Assembly: GCF_009834535.1 (NCBI RefSeq) | Contig: NC_045697.1 | Location: 35,714,001 to 35,778,000, forward strand | DNA from: Camelus ferus | Taxonomy: Eukaryota | Reading direction: 5' to 3' | Length of the DNA stretch: 64,000 nucleotides | Shown: positions 25,001 to 38,167 of the stretch, piece after piece | Position numbering within the stretch: the first letter of the stretch is position 1 | How the letters are laid out: each line of letters starts with the position of its first letter | Notes under the pieces: generated by a model | The model's database searches: none | What the model saw: the letters and a program-made list of their open reading frames with translations, nothing else | Told to the model about the DNA's origin: nothing | Position numbers and translations under genes: made by a program

Positions 25001-26609
25001 AAATATTTATTTAAGATTGGAAGGGAACCAGAACAGATTTTTTTTTTTAAGTAAAAGAGCAGAATGGGAAGTATCAATGCATATCCTATGTAAGAAGGAT
25101 AAGTATTCTTTTACGAAAATTCTGTTTTATTTTATGTGCGTCTGTAAAAAAGATAAGGGGAGAATTTATTCAATATCTAAACATTATGTATTTAAAATCA
25201 TGGATCACACTCCAAGAAAAGATTTGAGAGCCCTGGAATAGATCAGCTGTTTGAACTAATAACTCCCTACACTGGAGGATCGTTTATCACCTTCAACCAA
25301 AAGATCAATTAGGTTATGAGACTGGAAAATCAAGAATCCCTTTTCTGTATTTTATGTTTTTTTTTTATTACCGTGAATCATATTTGTAATGAGAACATCA
25401 AAACAAATAATAAGAGGAAAATTTAATAGGAATAAAAGAGTGAGTTTAGAGTTTAGAAACAACCCTCTGGATGTTTTTTCTAAGCTTTTAATGTGGTCAT
25501 AAATCTGACTTGTCCTATTTTTTTCCTGTAACTTTGAGAAGCAACGTTTCAACTGTTCTTAAAAGGTAAGAGTAATAATGGTCCCTAGCCAGGAGGGAAG
25601 ACTAAATGGAGAGGTGGCCAATCTACTTACTAGGTTGACAACCAACCATGCTGCTGTCCTGGCTCCTTTGCTATATACCCTGGCTTCCACAGTTGAAAAA
25701 TAGTTTGCCCATTAACCACTTTTAGCTTCACTGAAGTTGTTAAAAAGGCAATTATGCAAAGTTTTGTGAAAAGTATAATGCCTTCTGCTACTATTCAGGA
25801 GACAGAAGACAAGAGTGTGGGGTCAGCCTTGAATATGGAGGTAATTCAATCAGGCTTACAGTTTTCATGCGCCAGAAAGGTGGACCTCAAACAGTGAGAG
25901 CAGGGCTGTTTCCTCTTAGTTCTAATGTAGATTGCAGGTGCACATATCAAATGATAATGAAATTCTAAAAGCCCCATGAGAGCCTACAGCCACACTGGAT
26001 TGACTGTGTAACAGAATTCAAAATTGGAACAAGGGACAGAAGGTCTATAAAACTGACGGGATTCATTTTTAGATATGAAGTTTAAAAGAAACCCGTCCTT
26101 GAAACTCAAAGCTTGCCAGCTCTGCCATTTTTATACATTTTAGAAGCAGTGTGTGAAAAGTCACAGACATGTTCTTTCAATAAGGTGCAACAGGAAATGA
26201 GCAATAAAACTCAAAACCGTACAAATGCTTGCCCAAAGGCACCCGACACCCCGGCCACTTACTCTAGACCATGCTTTGAGCCACCTGTGCTTTAAAACAG
26301 CCCTGGGCACACTGCTCACCAGACAGAGGGGGATGCTTTAGGAAAGGGATTTCTCTCTCTCTCTCTCATTCTTTCATTTATGCAACTGCCACTTCACTCT
26401 TCCACACCTGTGTGCTCACTCCCTGTCTCTCTGGCCCCCCGTGTGGTCATGGATAGGGAGCTCAACACCTCTTTGAATCCACTCACACAAAAGCATTGGT
26501 AAGTAAGTCAGCTTTTGGTAAACACTGAAGAGGAGACAGAGGAGAGGGTTTATATTACTCATCCCACAGCAAGCCACTGAAAAATTCCCTCTAAGGTGTT
26601 CATGTTCTC

Positions 26610-27127
26610 TGGAAGCAACCTAAATATCCATCGACAGATGACTGGATAAAGAAGACATAATATATTTATACAATGGAATAGTAGTCAACCATAAAAAGGA
26701 ATAAAATAATGCCATTTGCAGCATCATGGATGGACCTGGAAATTGTCATACTAAGTGAAGTAAGCCAGAAAGAGAAAGAAAAAAACCATATGATAACACC
26801 TATATATGGAATCTTAAAAAAGGAGATAAATGAACTTATTTACAAGACAGAAACAGACTCACAGACATAGAAAACCAACTTGTGGTTACCAGGAGGGAAA
26901 AGGGGTGGGAAGGGATAAATTGGGAATTTGGGATCTGCAGATACTAACTACTATATATAAAATAGGTAAACAACAAGGTTCTACTGTATAGCACAGGAAA
27001 CTATATTCAATACCTTATAATGGCCTATAATAAAAAATATTAAAAGGAATGTATGTGTGCTGTGCTGTACACCAGAAATTAGCACAACATTGTAAACTGA
27101 TTGTACTTCAATTAAAACATTTTTTAA
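26610..27127 (+). mobile_element. 5'-truncated lineage-specific L1
   Basis: Same subfamily as 14154; degenerate 17-bp TSD AAGGTGTTCATGTTCTC (26593-26609) / AAGATGTCTATATTCTC (27128-27144). Confidence 0.95.
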
Positions 27128-27809
27128 AAGATGTCTATATTCTCCAAAATCCTGTCTCAACATCCCCATCCATCCTGAATCCTTCCCTCCCCACCTTCTT
27201 CTCCATGAAAGCACCCACCTGTCCTTTCTCTACTCTCTCACTCTAAGATTACCCCAGGAGGTTCAAATTCTCCCCCTCTCTATTTGGCAGATCAACTTAG
27301 CTGCCTCTATTCCTGCCTCTAAACTGGGAAACTCATCGCAAGGACCCAGAACAAGAAAGGATTCTCCAGGTAGTAGAACCTAGACTCCTTAGAAAACAGA
27401 CTCCATAATTCATACATTCAGTAAGTATTTACTGAGTGCCTGCCATCTGTCAAGGGATGTTTTAGGAGGTCAGGGTATAGCAGTCAGTCACCATCTTTTT
27501 ATATATGCGCCTGCTTTTTGGTGTCCCATCTCTACCCCATTCATCTCATCAAAACATCTCTTCTGAATACACACAGTATTCTCTGAGAGAGAATTCTGAT
27601 GAATGAAGTCATCTACACCTGGCTCTAGGGATTAATGTTAGCTGTATTCTTTTATGTTTTTAATGTTTTTTAATTAAAAGCCAGCCCCAAACTGAGATAA
27701 TACTATTTCCTATATAATATAATAGAATATATTTTTAAAACTAGTAAAACCTGGCTTTGACTTTGGAACTGACTAGGGTGAACACAAGAATCAATATGAA
27801 CTGCACAGC

Positions 27810-28070
27810 CCTTTGGCAAGAAAAGAGAATTCCCGTTCACGGTTTTGGAGAGCAACCTGGCAAAATGGGTCAAGAGCCTGAAAACTTTCCATACTCTTCG
27901 ACTCAGCTGTCCTCTTCTGGGGAATCTCCCTCAAGAAATAGTGCTACTAAATGTGAGAGATGCCCCAAGTTGTGAATTTAAGAAACAGAAATACTCCAAA
28001 TGTTCATCAATAGAAGAATGGCCAAGTAAACTCTGGAGTCCTCCATCTAAGGACTGTCATGAAATCACTA
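27810..28070 (+). mobile_element. Old L1 (L1ME-like) fragment
   Basis: TTTTGGAGAGCAACCTGGCAAAAT...AAATGTTCATCAATAGAAGAATGG. Confidence 0.55.
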
Positions 28071-28084
28071 GGCATGACGGTACC

Positions 28085-28232
28085 TTCGTCTGCTCAAGCT
28101 GCCATAAGGAAATGCCACAGACCAGGTAATGTAAACAATGCTAATTTATTTTCTCACAGTTCTCAAGACTGAAGTCCAGATCAAGGTCCAGCAAGGCTGG
28201 TTTCTGGTGAGAACTCTCTTTGTGGCTTCTCC
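28085..28232 (-). mobile_element. MLT1A-like MaLR LTR fragment
   Basis: GCTGCCATAA...AATTTATTTTCTCACAGTTCT...AAGTCCAGATCAAGGT. Confidence 0.75.
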
Positions 28233-28449
28233 TGATGAGATGATTTGCAGGTGGAAGCAGAACTGGTTTCTCCCACAGTATGGGAGGGAAGTCAAGTGAA
28301 TGTCTACCGGATGGGCACACCTATGTACAAGAACTATTTTTGCATTGCTGTCAGTTATTCACAATGTATAGAATTGTAAAATAACTGAAAGACAATGAAA
28401 GGTTAGAGCAGGATAACTTGGAAGGGTGCAATCTAAAACAATGCATAGC

Positions 28450-28977
28450 CAAGACATGGAAACAGCCAAAATGTCCATCAACAGATGGCTGGATAAAGAA
28501 GATGTGGTATATTTATACAATAGAACGCTATTCAGCCGTAAAAACCGACAACATAACGCCATTTGCAGCAACATGATGTTCCCAGAGAATGTCACTCTAA
28601 GTGAAGTAAGCCAGAAAGAGAAAGAAAAATACCATATGAGATCACTCATATGCGGAATCTAAAAAAAACAAAAACAAAAATACAAAACAGAAACAGACTC
28701 ATAGACACAGAATACAAACTTGTGGTTGCCAGGGGGATGGGGGTTGGGAAGGAAAAGGGATTTCAAAATGTAGAATAGATAAACAAGATTGTACTGTGTA
28801 GCACATGGAAATATATACAGGATCTTGTTGTGGCTCACAGTGAAAAAAAATGTCACAATGAATGTATGTATGTTCATGTATAATTGAAAAATTGTGCTCC
28901 ACACTGGAATTTGACACAACATTGTAAAATGACTATAATTCAATAAAAAAGTTTATATATTAAAAAAATTTAAAAAA
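28450..28977 (+). mobile_element. Young 5'-truncated L1 (distinct 3' UTR subfamily)
   Basis: ORF2 end (LSEVSQKEKEKYHMRSLICGI*), AATAAA plus A-rich tail, perfect 16-bp TSD TAAAACAATGCATAGC (28434-28449, 28978-28993). Confidence 0.95.
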
Positions 28978-29579
28978 TAAAACAATGCATAGCTTTGAAG
29001 CACAAACTTTTCCCTACCTTAGCAAGAAAACAAACAATATTTATTTATACTTATTATAAATAACTCCTCCTAAACCTATGCATATTAAAAGTACTGGTAA
29101 AAAATCCTTCCTCATTAAAAGAAGAAAATATATACATACACACACACATTTGTAAGTATGTATGTTTGTATACATATGTGTATGTGTTTGGAGGGGTTAT
29201 TTTACTTTTCTGCAATTTAAGAAAAAATTTTCTTAATGAATATGCATTATTTTCATAAGAAAAATAATTTTGGAATCTTAGTTCGTGAAAGAAATTCTGT
29301 CTCCAAACCCTACTTCTGCCATGAAACTTTCCTTAATTAGTTTCATCCATTTTCCTTCCTGATTTTCTGCTGATTCCACATCTCTCCTCACACTTTCATG
29401 TTGATTTTCATTTGTTTGTTTGTGGACATTCCCTGTGTGTGTTTCAGGACTGTCTTTCCTATTAGACTGAAAGCTCTTCAAGAGGAAGAATCTGTCTTCA
29501 GTTCCCTCTGTATTTTGTTGTCTACCTGTAAACTACAACCTATTTTTTGAATAGATGTGCTGATTAGATTTTACAAGGT

Positions 29580-29867
29580 GAGCATTTCTCAGATTGGGTA
29601 CCTTGAGTCTCTGTTTCTTGGAGATACTTCACAAATGAAGAGTTTCCTAAACAAAATAACTTTAGGAATACTGAATTCTTTATATCCCTGTGGAGGCTTC
29701 ACAATGCAAATTAGCATATTAAAGGCTCTGAAAAGTCCTGCAGTAAATAAACCTGCTTAACTTACTTTAACTCAACACTTCTCAAACATATTTGATGTGA
29801 ACACCTTTCAAAAAAAATGATACCTATTGCATTGGGTGTTTTCTGGGATACTTTGTGGGAAACAAAT
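29580..29867. mobile_element. hAT-Charlie MITE (MER103/MER112-like)
   Basis: TAGCATATTAAAGGCTCTGAAAAGTCCTGCAGTAAATAAACCTG; related copy at about 59730-59960. Confidence 0.65.
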
Positions 29868-29921
29868 GATTAACTCCTAGAAGACAGGGCTAGAGATTAA
29901 CTCCTAGAAGACAGGGCTAGA
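29868..29921. repeat. Perfect 27-bp tandem duplication
   Basis: GATTAACTCCTAGAAGACAGGGCTAGA x2. Confidence 0.97.
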
Positions 29922-30404
29922 TCATCTTTGTACTTGGCCTTTCATAATGTTGTCTGACACATAAGAGTGTTGTACAGAAATAAATATTTTTGTGTAAGTG
30001 AAGAATTGCTTGAAAATGAGCTTCTATGAACCAGTGTGGTGTGTGGTTAAGCAGCTGTAGGTTAAGGGCAGATTGATCAGGTTTTAAAATACATTCAGGA
30101 GTATTTTTTAACCTGAGTCCACCTGAAGCTGGTCAGTAGAAAAATGTGTGAAAGTATCCCAATCCCAGGATGAAAACTAAATCATAGACCTAGAAGATTT
30201 GCTAACGGTATTGGAACTTACATTCCAGGAACCGTGTATGCACAGAATATTCATACTGCAAGCAGGATGAGATCACATTGGCCAATTCCTCTCAAATGTT
30301 TCTACTGACATACCCCTCTTAGCCAAAGACAGTGAACACATACTCTGAGAGAGGTCTGTGTGAGAAATCTAGTGGGCCAAATGCAAGCAAGAAGTTTTTT
30401 GGAG

Positions 30405-31125
30405 TTTTTTTTTTCTTTTTATTGAAATATAGTTGCTTTATGATGCTGTGTTAGTTTCAGGTATAACATACAGTATAGTGATTTAGTTTTACATATACAT
30501 ATATACGTATATTCTTTTTCAGATTCTTTTCTATTATAGGTTATTATAAGATATTGGATATAGTTCCCTGTGCTATACAGTAGGACCTTTCTGTTTATCT
30601 ATTTTATGTATAGTAGTGTGTATCTGTTAATACCATTCTCCTAATTTATCCCTCCCCATTTCCACTTTGATAACCATAGCTTGTTTTCTATGTCTGTGAG
30701 TCTATTTTTGATTTGTAAATAAGTTCATTTGTATCATTTTTTTTTAAGATTCCACATATAGGTGACATCATGTGATATTTGTCTTTCTCTGTCTGCCTTA
30801 GTTCACTTAGTATGATAATCTCTAGGTCTAACCATGTGGCTGCAAATAGCATTATCCCATCCTTTTTATGGCTAAGTAGTATTCCATTGTGTATATATAT
30901 ACCACAACTTCTTTATCCAGTCATCTGTTAATGAACATTTAGGTTGCTTCCTTGTCTTGGCTATTGTAAGTGGTGTTGCCATGAACATTGGGGTACATGT
31001 ATCTTTTTGAGTTAGAGTTTTCTCTGGATATATACCCAGGAGTGGGATTGTTGGATCATATAGTAACTCTATTTTTAGCTTTTTTAAGGACTCTTCATAG
31101 TGTTCTCCATAGTGGGTACACCAAT
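30405..31125 (-). mobile_element. Cetartiodactyl-type L1 3' end
   Basis: Poly(T), reversed 3' UTR (TATAGTTCCCTGTGCTATACAGTAGG) and ORF2 end. Confidence 0.95.
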
Positions 31126-31254
31126 TATTTTGTTTTTAAAATGTTTATTCTACAATTGCTCCATAATATAATTGCATTTATTTTAATACAGAAGTGCTGG
31201 TTTACATTTTTCAGCTGAGTGATACAGTACTTCCATTCAAGAGGCAAGGACTTA

Positions 31255-31390
31255 TTCCTATTCTCCCATATAACATGGGAGAACACTCACATCCAGAAAG
31301 AGGAAGTGACTTGTTCAAGGCCACACAATGAAACTCTGGCAAACCTGGGGTTGGAACCTAGGTCTCCTGACCTGCCAGTTCCATGACTAG
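31255..31390 (-). mobile_element. MIR
   Basis: GAGGAAGTGACTTGTTCAAGGCCACACA...GAACCTAGGTCTCCTGAC. Confidence 0.7.
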
Positions 31391-31944
31391 ATGCAGCCCT
31401 TCCACCTCACACTACACCCACAAGGTGCCATCTGATCTAGTAAATTCCACTTCTAAGACTCAATCCTAAAGAAAGAGATCCTAAAGATGCCAGGAAAGAC
31501 CCAAAGATGTTATTTATATTAGATTTAAATTAGAAACCACCTAAATCTTTAATAATGGGAAAATGGCTAAACAAAATACATGTGACAGAATATTTGGTAG
31601 CTACTGAAAATGATGCTTATGAAGAATTATATAGTATTCAAAATGAGAACAAAATCAAGAGTTCCTACTCTGTAAACAATATTATTAGAACATCTATCTA
31701 TGATTAATTTATCCATCTATCTCAAATACAATACCTTAAAATATTGAGTTGTTATCTTTAAGCAGTGGGTGATGGATGATTCAAATTTTTTTCTTTATAT
31801 TTTTCTATGTTTTCCAAATTTTTTGCAACAAACATTATTTTTATAATTAGAATTAAGCAGAGCATGATTTTAAAATATATTTATAATTCCAAAAGATAAA
31901 ATTCATGGAAAGACAAACACAGTGCTTGACTATTGTAGGCATGT

Positions 31945-32383
31945 TGAGGAAGGCTGGGGCCTGGAACCTGGGACTCTTTGCTGCAGTGCTTGCACCTGAA
32001 CAAATGTCTCCTCGAGCAGCAGAATACAAAGAAATTACAAGGAACTAAAGATAACTGCATGCATAGGCAGTTGGGGCAAATTATGAACAGGATACGGAAA
32101 GACCAATTGCCACTTCTGAGGTGTTGGGAGCAAAGGTGGGGTACTGCACATGATCCCTGCACACAGAACCCCCAAGTGGGTGGGCAGACCACCTAAGCCA
32201 ACCCTTTGCCCCACCCTCACCCCATTTAAGAGACCAGCTCAGAGAGTGAGCAAAGGAAATTGTTACTTGTTTTTGCTCCCTCATGCTGCAGCACAAGTCC
32301 CAATAAAGCCTTGGCTGAGTTTTTTGTCTGACCTCTCATCAATTTCTATTGATTAAGGAGGCCAAGAACCCTAGCTGGTAACA
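31945..32383 (+). mobile_element. ERV1-type solo LTR
   Basis: TG...CA termini, perfect TSD ATGT/ATGT, TATA-like CATTTAAG at 32223, AATAAA at 32302. Confidence 0.92.
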
Positions 32384-32878
32384 ATGTGATGCTGAATTCC
32401 CTTACAGGCCCTACTTTCTCTGAACCTGCCACCCATTGGGCTCCAGTTACATCTATTTTCACCCAAAGGCTCCAAGCCTGCTGGTAAAGACTGGGAAGCT
32501 AATAAAACAGGGTGCTCTTCATCAAGATAGTGCATGTCTGAGCTTCTGAGGAACCTTAGAGGAAATCCCTCACGTGGTTAGCTTTGTCCTGATCCTTTCT
32601 TCTTCTATTCGTCCTTCTTTCCTGTTTCCCTGGTTGAATTGTCACTCTAGAAAGAGCTGGCATGTAAGTTGTCCCCAGCCTGTGGGAGTCCGGGTGGGAC
32701 TTGCTCATGTGGCTTTTGTCAGTGAGGAAACATCATTATCCTGAGAGGCTGCAAACACATATATGGTTTCATTTACAGACAAATGAAACTGGATTCCTGC
32801 TTCCAGAGGGGAGAAACACAGTATCCTGGCAGGAAGGTGTCTTGAGAAAAAACACTTTAACACCACAAGATTCGAGCA

Positions 32879-33074
32879 CAGTGGTTCTCAAATTGGAGCA
32901 CAGGTGGCAATCACCTGGAGGTCTTGCGGAAATACAGATGGCTGGGCCCACTCTCTGGGTGTCTGATTCAGTAGATGGGGAAGAGGTCTGGGAAGCTGAG
33001 AATGTGCATTTCTACCAAGTTCCCAGATGATGCTGATCCCACTGGTCTGGGGGCCACATTTGGGGAGGCACTGC
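32879..33074. mobile_element. MER5A
   Basis: CAGTGGTTCTCAAA...TGCATTTCTACCAAGTTCCCAGATGATGCTGAT. Confidence 0.9.
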
Positions 33075-33824
33075 TCTGGCAGCAGCACAGACATGGTCAA
33101 AACAAGGGAAGAAGGCATCCGAACCTTAGCAAATACGTGTGGCTTGTAGTAGAGGAAGATTTTGACCAATGCACTTCTTTCCTTTCTTCAGTCTAATTAT
33201 TCTCTGTATTTCCTGATTTCTATGATGTTCATTCACTCATTCAACAATTTAAAGAGCACCCATAATACACTAGACACTAAAGATACAGCAATAAACAAGA
33301 CAGACGAGGTCTAACTTGAGGGAGCTTCTATCCCAATGGAAATGGTCTAAACCATCGTGGTGTACGTTTCCAGTTTGCAAATCATTTGCAAATATTCTAT
33401 TCTACTATAGATGATATAAAATGCATGAAATATGGTAAGTATAGATAATTAATAAGTAACTAGATTGTGAGATGTATCCAGAATTTAGAAGATACATTAA
33501 ATAAATGTAAGTTAGTAAGTAGAGTGCATCAATGTTGAACATAGAAAGGAATGGAAAGACCAGGAGAAACTTAATATTCATGAGACACCAAATAATCATG
33601 AAACACTAAATAGACACAAGGCATATGAGGCCTTTAATATTGATAGAGTTTTAATGCGGCCACCCAGTGGTGATATCCACTCTGTTCCCATGTGTCTTCT
33701 GCCCATGAAGCACAGGCATAATTCAAAGGTGCACATCAAGGTGATTGGCCAACTACCACTATGGTCAAGGGGGCTTGTTCCTGCATCTGTCCTATAAAGC
33801 AAGTGTGTATTTTGGTCCCAAGTA

Positions 33825-34622
33825 CGGGCATAGATCCAAGATACTGTGGATTCGATTCCAGACCACCACAATAAAGCAAATATCACAATAGAGTGAGTCA
33901 CACAAATTTTTTGGTGTCCCTGTCAATATAAGTTATAGTTACATTATACTGTAGTCTATGAAGTATACAATTGCATTACGTCTAAAAAATATACTTACCT
34001 TTATTAAAAATACTTAATTGCTAAAAAATGTTAACCATCATCTGAGCCTTCAGTGAATCATAATCTTTTTGCTGATGGAGGGTCTTGTCTCAATGTTGAT
34101 GGTGCTGACTGATCAGGGCGGTGAATGCTGAAGGTTGGGGCGGCTGTGGCAATTTCTTAAAATAAGAGAACAATGAAGTTTGCCACATTGATTGATGATT
34201 CCTTTCACAAATGACTTCTCTGTGGCATGCAATGCTATTTGATAGCATTCTACCCACAGTAGAACAGCCAGTTGGTTGAGCAGCCAGAACACACATATTT
34301 ATCAATTAAGTTCACTGTCTTTTATGGGTATGGTTTGTGGTACCCCAAAGCAATTACAATAGTAACATCAAAGATCACTCACCACAGATCACCATAACAA
34401 ATATACTAATAATGAAAAAGTTTGGAATATTGTGCAAATTACCAAAATGTGACACAGAGACATGAAGTGAGCAAATGCTGTTGGAAAAATGATGCCAACA
34501 GACTTGCTCAATGCAGAGTTGCCACAAAACTTCAATTTGAAAACAAAAACAAAAGCAAACAAAAAACACCACAACATCTGTGAAGTACAATAAGCAAAGC
34601 TCAATAAAATGAGTTATGCTTG
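33825..34622 (-). mobile_element. Internally deleted Tigger1 (Tigger1a_Art-like) DNA transposon
   Basis: Both TIR remnants (TA|CGGGCATA... and ...GAGTTATGCTTG); Tigger1 transposase tail in ORF 34090..34305 (QTSLFSYFKKLPQPPQPSA); deletion junction near 34265. Confidence 0.92.
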
Positions 34623-36559
34623 CATCTTTCTCCTTAGGGGCCCCCTTACTCAAACCTTGACTCTGGTCTTTGTAGTCACACCATCCTGAGAAAGGCTGAT
34701 GTGATAAATAGCATGTAAACATTGCCCAATCCAGGAATCCAGGTGCGTAGCCCTTCCATCCTATAACCTCTGCGTATTATCCTATCCCAAATCTTTCCCC
34801 TAGCTACTTGCTGTGTGTTTTAAATTGACTCAAGCATCTTAATATTGTTTGTGAGATCTTCTATTCCATGATCTCTGAGATAATTGTCTCACAACTTTTT
34901 ACGAGGTTCTCTGTGACATCAATGTAATCTCCTATAAGACTCTTGACAATCATGCAAATAAATTACAAATGTGATGTCTTTCTACATTTATTTTCCCTCT
35001 ATTTGGCCTTACCTCTTCCCCTTAACACAGCTTAAACATACAGCCTATCTTTAGAAAGAGAATGACATGAAACAAATCTGGCAGGCTTAATGTGAAAATC
35101 AGAATAAATGTGTGAAAGTGTCTGAGGCAGGGTCTGGCATAAAGCATGTTTCCACAAAGGTACCTAGTATTAGTACTGCTTGTCTATTCCCTACAAGACA
35201 TTACTGCAAGACATTGCTCTAACAAACAATGCAAAATCTGAAAAGCCTCTTCTAATTCCTCTTATAGGATTTTCCTTCCTACCCACTAGCACTAAATTAC
35301 GTTGCCAAGTTATGTCACATAATGGATCTTGTCACAAATTTATTTCTGTTTCTTTGCTGAAAGCACAGGTTGTCCCTCACTCTCTAAATATTTTAAGGGA
35401 GAGCTTGGGTGTAATTAATATCCAACCCACAAAATAAAGACCAAGCCTGGGATTCATCCACTGACACCAACATTTTGTCCCTACTCCCATCTACTGTTAC
35501 TTAATGACAAACATCACATATTTTCTTCTATATAATCAATGTTTTATAATTCGCCACCCCCCAAAAGATGAGCCCCCTTCTTACTGACTAGAAAATCATA
35601 GGTGCCCCTTTCCTATTTGAAATATTCTATAGCCTTGACATCCATGAGCTCCAAAAAGCAGCCGTCTGGGCTAGGATAGGAAAAGCTGGAACACATTTAG
35701 CAAGGTTTTGTTTTGGTTTTTAAAATGCAGCCTTCAGTGATCTCCCCACTTCTTGAGCTGAGGAACTAAGCCATTGAACCTGGCCGAAAGCAGCAGTTTG
35801 AAGGAGCAGCTGAAAATTATTTCACTATGAAGCCAACCTTAGCAGGCCTGGAAAACTCCATATGGTCTGCAGCTCTGGTCTCCAGGAAGTACTCAGCTCA
35901 TTCTCCTCATTTGGTTTGCCTCGTATATAATCCCAGCATGTGTATTTGAAAGGCCATTGTATAAAAAAGATGCCTTGCTCTGCATTTTTTTTTCTTTTTC
36001 TGTTAACCTTTATGTAAATAATTCACAGAGATGCAATTTAATATTTATTCCATCAATGTGTTCTCTGTCCATTTAGGTTGTAAGACAACTAAGCTTGCTC
36101 TGAGCCAACAAGGACTCATGGAGGCAAATGGTGGTATTACCCTCAAGAAGCCAATGCGTGGGGTATACATCTACCTTCCCTGTCCTGTGGAGGCCTCTTT
36201 CATTCTCCAGCTCTCCCACCTTGCTTCTCAGAAACTGACTCCTCTCCAGCCCCAAATCCAAAGCCCTTTGGCAAATAGAGACCAGCTCTGCCATTTTGTC
36301 AAACCCACAGAGATAAGCATGAACTCTCTTCTTCTCAGCCCATGTGGAAAGGACCATGCTTGGACTCCAAACTGACCTCAAGGATCTCACAAATTTCCCT
36401 AGAGTAAGAATCTGCTGTTACTTTTCATCACTTGATAGAAAAGTAGAGAGATTTCAGTCCTCATTTACGGCTGAAACATAAGAGTTAGGTCCATGCTTTG
36501 CAACAGAAATATTATACAAGCCCCAAATGCTTGCTGTCCTTGGACAAATGTGATTTACA

Positions 36560-36933
36560 ATGCTCTAAAAGCTACATTAAAAAAATTAAAAGAAGAGGGG
36601 AGGGTAGAGCTCAGTGATAGAGTCCATGTTTAGCATACACATGGTCCTGGGTTCAAGCCACAGTGCCTCCATTAAAAAAAAAAAACTTTAAAAAATTAAA
36701 GGAACTAGGTAAACTTAATTGTAATAGTGCATTTTTATCTAACCCAATATATTCCCAAAACTATCAGTTCAACCTGCAATCAGTATAAGTAATTATCAAT
36801 GAAAAATTATTCTCTTTTATACTGTCTTCAAAATCTGGTATGTATTTTACACTGAGAGCACATCTCAATGGGACACATTTCAACAGCTCAGTTGCCACAT
36901 ATGGCCATTTGCCACCATATTGGACAATGCAGG
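36560..36933. mobile_element. MER33-like hAT MITE (host of the SINE at 36595)
   Basis: TCTTCAAAATCTGGTATGTATTTTACACTGAGAGCACATCTCAAT...GCCACCATATTGGACAATGCAG. Confidence 0.8.
36595..36688 (+). mobile_element. Vic-1-like SINE
   Basis: GGGGAGGGTAGAGCTCAGTGATAGAG...GGGTTCAAG plus poly(A); TSD AAAAAATTAAAAGAA / AAAAAATTAAAGGAA. Confidence 0.9.
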
Positions 36934-37329
36934 TTTAGACCTTCAAAACAGAGTGGGGGAAATAGAACCTCTGAGTGAGAAATTTCAGTGGAAATAGCAT
37001 CCTTTTTTAAACCTTTGGAAATTCCCTCCTCTGGAGAAAAATGTTTTCATATATCCTAACCTCCTTGGGAGGAGGCTGGCCTGTGTCTGTAAGAAGGAAG
37101 CTTCCCTCTTCCTCTGCCCCCTTTTTTCCAGAACAGTGTTCCTCTCACTCCGCAGTGCACACAGATCCCCCCAGACCTTCTAAAAATGCAGATTCTGATT
37201 CAATAGATCTATAGTTTTGCCCTTCTAACAAGCTCCCTGGTGACCCCATGGCTAGTCTTCAGATCCCATTTTGAGTAGTGAGGTCCTGGAGGCTGATGCC
37301 CTGTATGGTGCTGTGTGTGATGAGATGGA

Positions 37330-37500
37330 GGTGGTGTATATTGAGGTGGGAAGAACGTGAACCTGGAGTCAGACTGCCAGGGCTGAGTGCTTCGGTCCAA
37401 CACTTAGTTGTGTGAGTTGGGGGAAGACTGCTTAACCCCTATGAGCCTTAATCTCCTCATCTATAAAAAAATACAGGCAGTGATGGGGCTACCATGTTGG
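37330..37500 (+). mobile_element. MIR
   Basis: CTGGAGTCAGACTGCC...CTTAACCCCTATGAGCCTTAATCTCCTCATCTATAAAA. Confidence 0.75.
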
Positions 37501-37837
37501 CTGGTGTGGACACACTAGGAAACAGTCAGCCAGGGTCAGCCATTTTCCCTTTAGGATGTGAAAGTACAAACTTAAACTGGGGAAAGAAAGGAATCACTTT
37601 TCCTTGATTTAACCAGAAAGGGGTCCTGTATAAGCATCACCTCCTCAAGGAAAACTTCCCTAACCTTCTAATCTGACGTACATGTCAGTGAATTCTCTGT
37701 TTCTCAGATGCCTATATCTCTCTCATAGCCTTTATCACATAGGACCATAGTTATGGGACTCCCCACTGGAATTTAAGTGATTTGCAGGCAGCAAGGACAG
37801 CCTCTCATTCCAGTGCTTTCTGATTGCTGGAGGACCA

Positions 37838-38003
37838 ATGCTGGTTTAGCTGTATAAAATCCCTTGAGGAATTTGTTAAAAATAAAGATTCATAGGCTCC
37901 ATCTAGATAGTTGTGTTTAGTGGGTCTCATTTGGAATCAGACAGGTATACACTTTAAAAGCTCTTCAATGTTCTGATGCCCAGCCAGGTCTGGAACCACT
38001 GGA
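37838..38003. mobile_element. MER5-family MITE
   Basis: TTTGTTAAAAATAAAGATTC...TTCTGATGCCCAGCCAGGTCTGGAACCACTG. Confidence 0.6.
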
Positions 38004-38167
38004 TTTTTCCACTTTGTATCATTGGTACCTACCCAGTGCCTTGCATAAAGTCAGCTTCCAGTAAAGTGTCTGATGGATGAGTATGTTATCCTTTACATTG
38101 ACACAGTGAGTCACAGTTTCCCAAGGCACCCCATATATCCCATACATGATCTTATCTTCAGGGGTTT

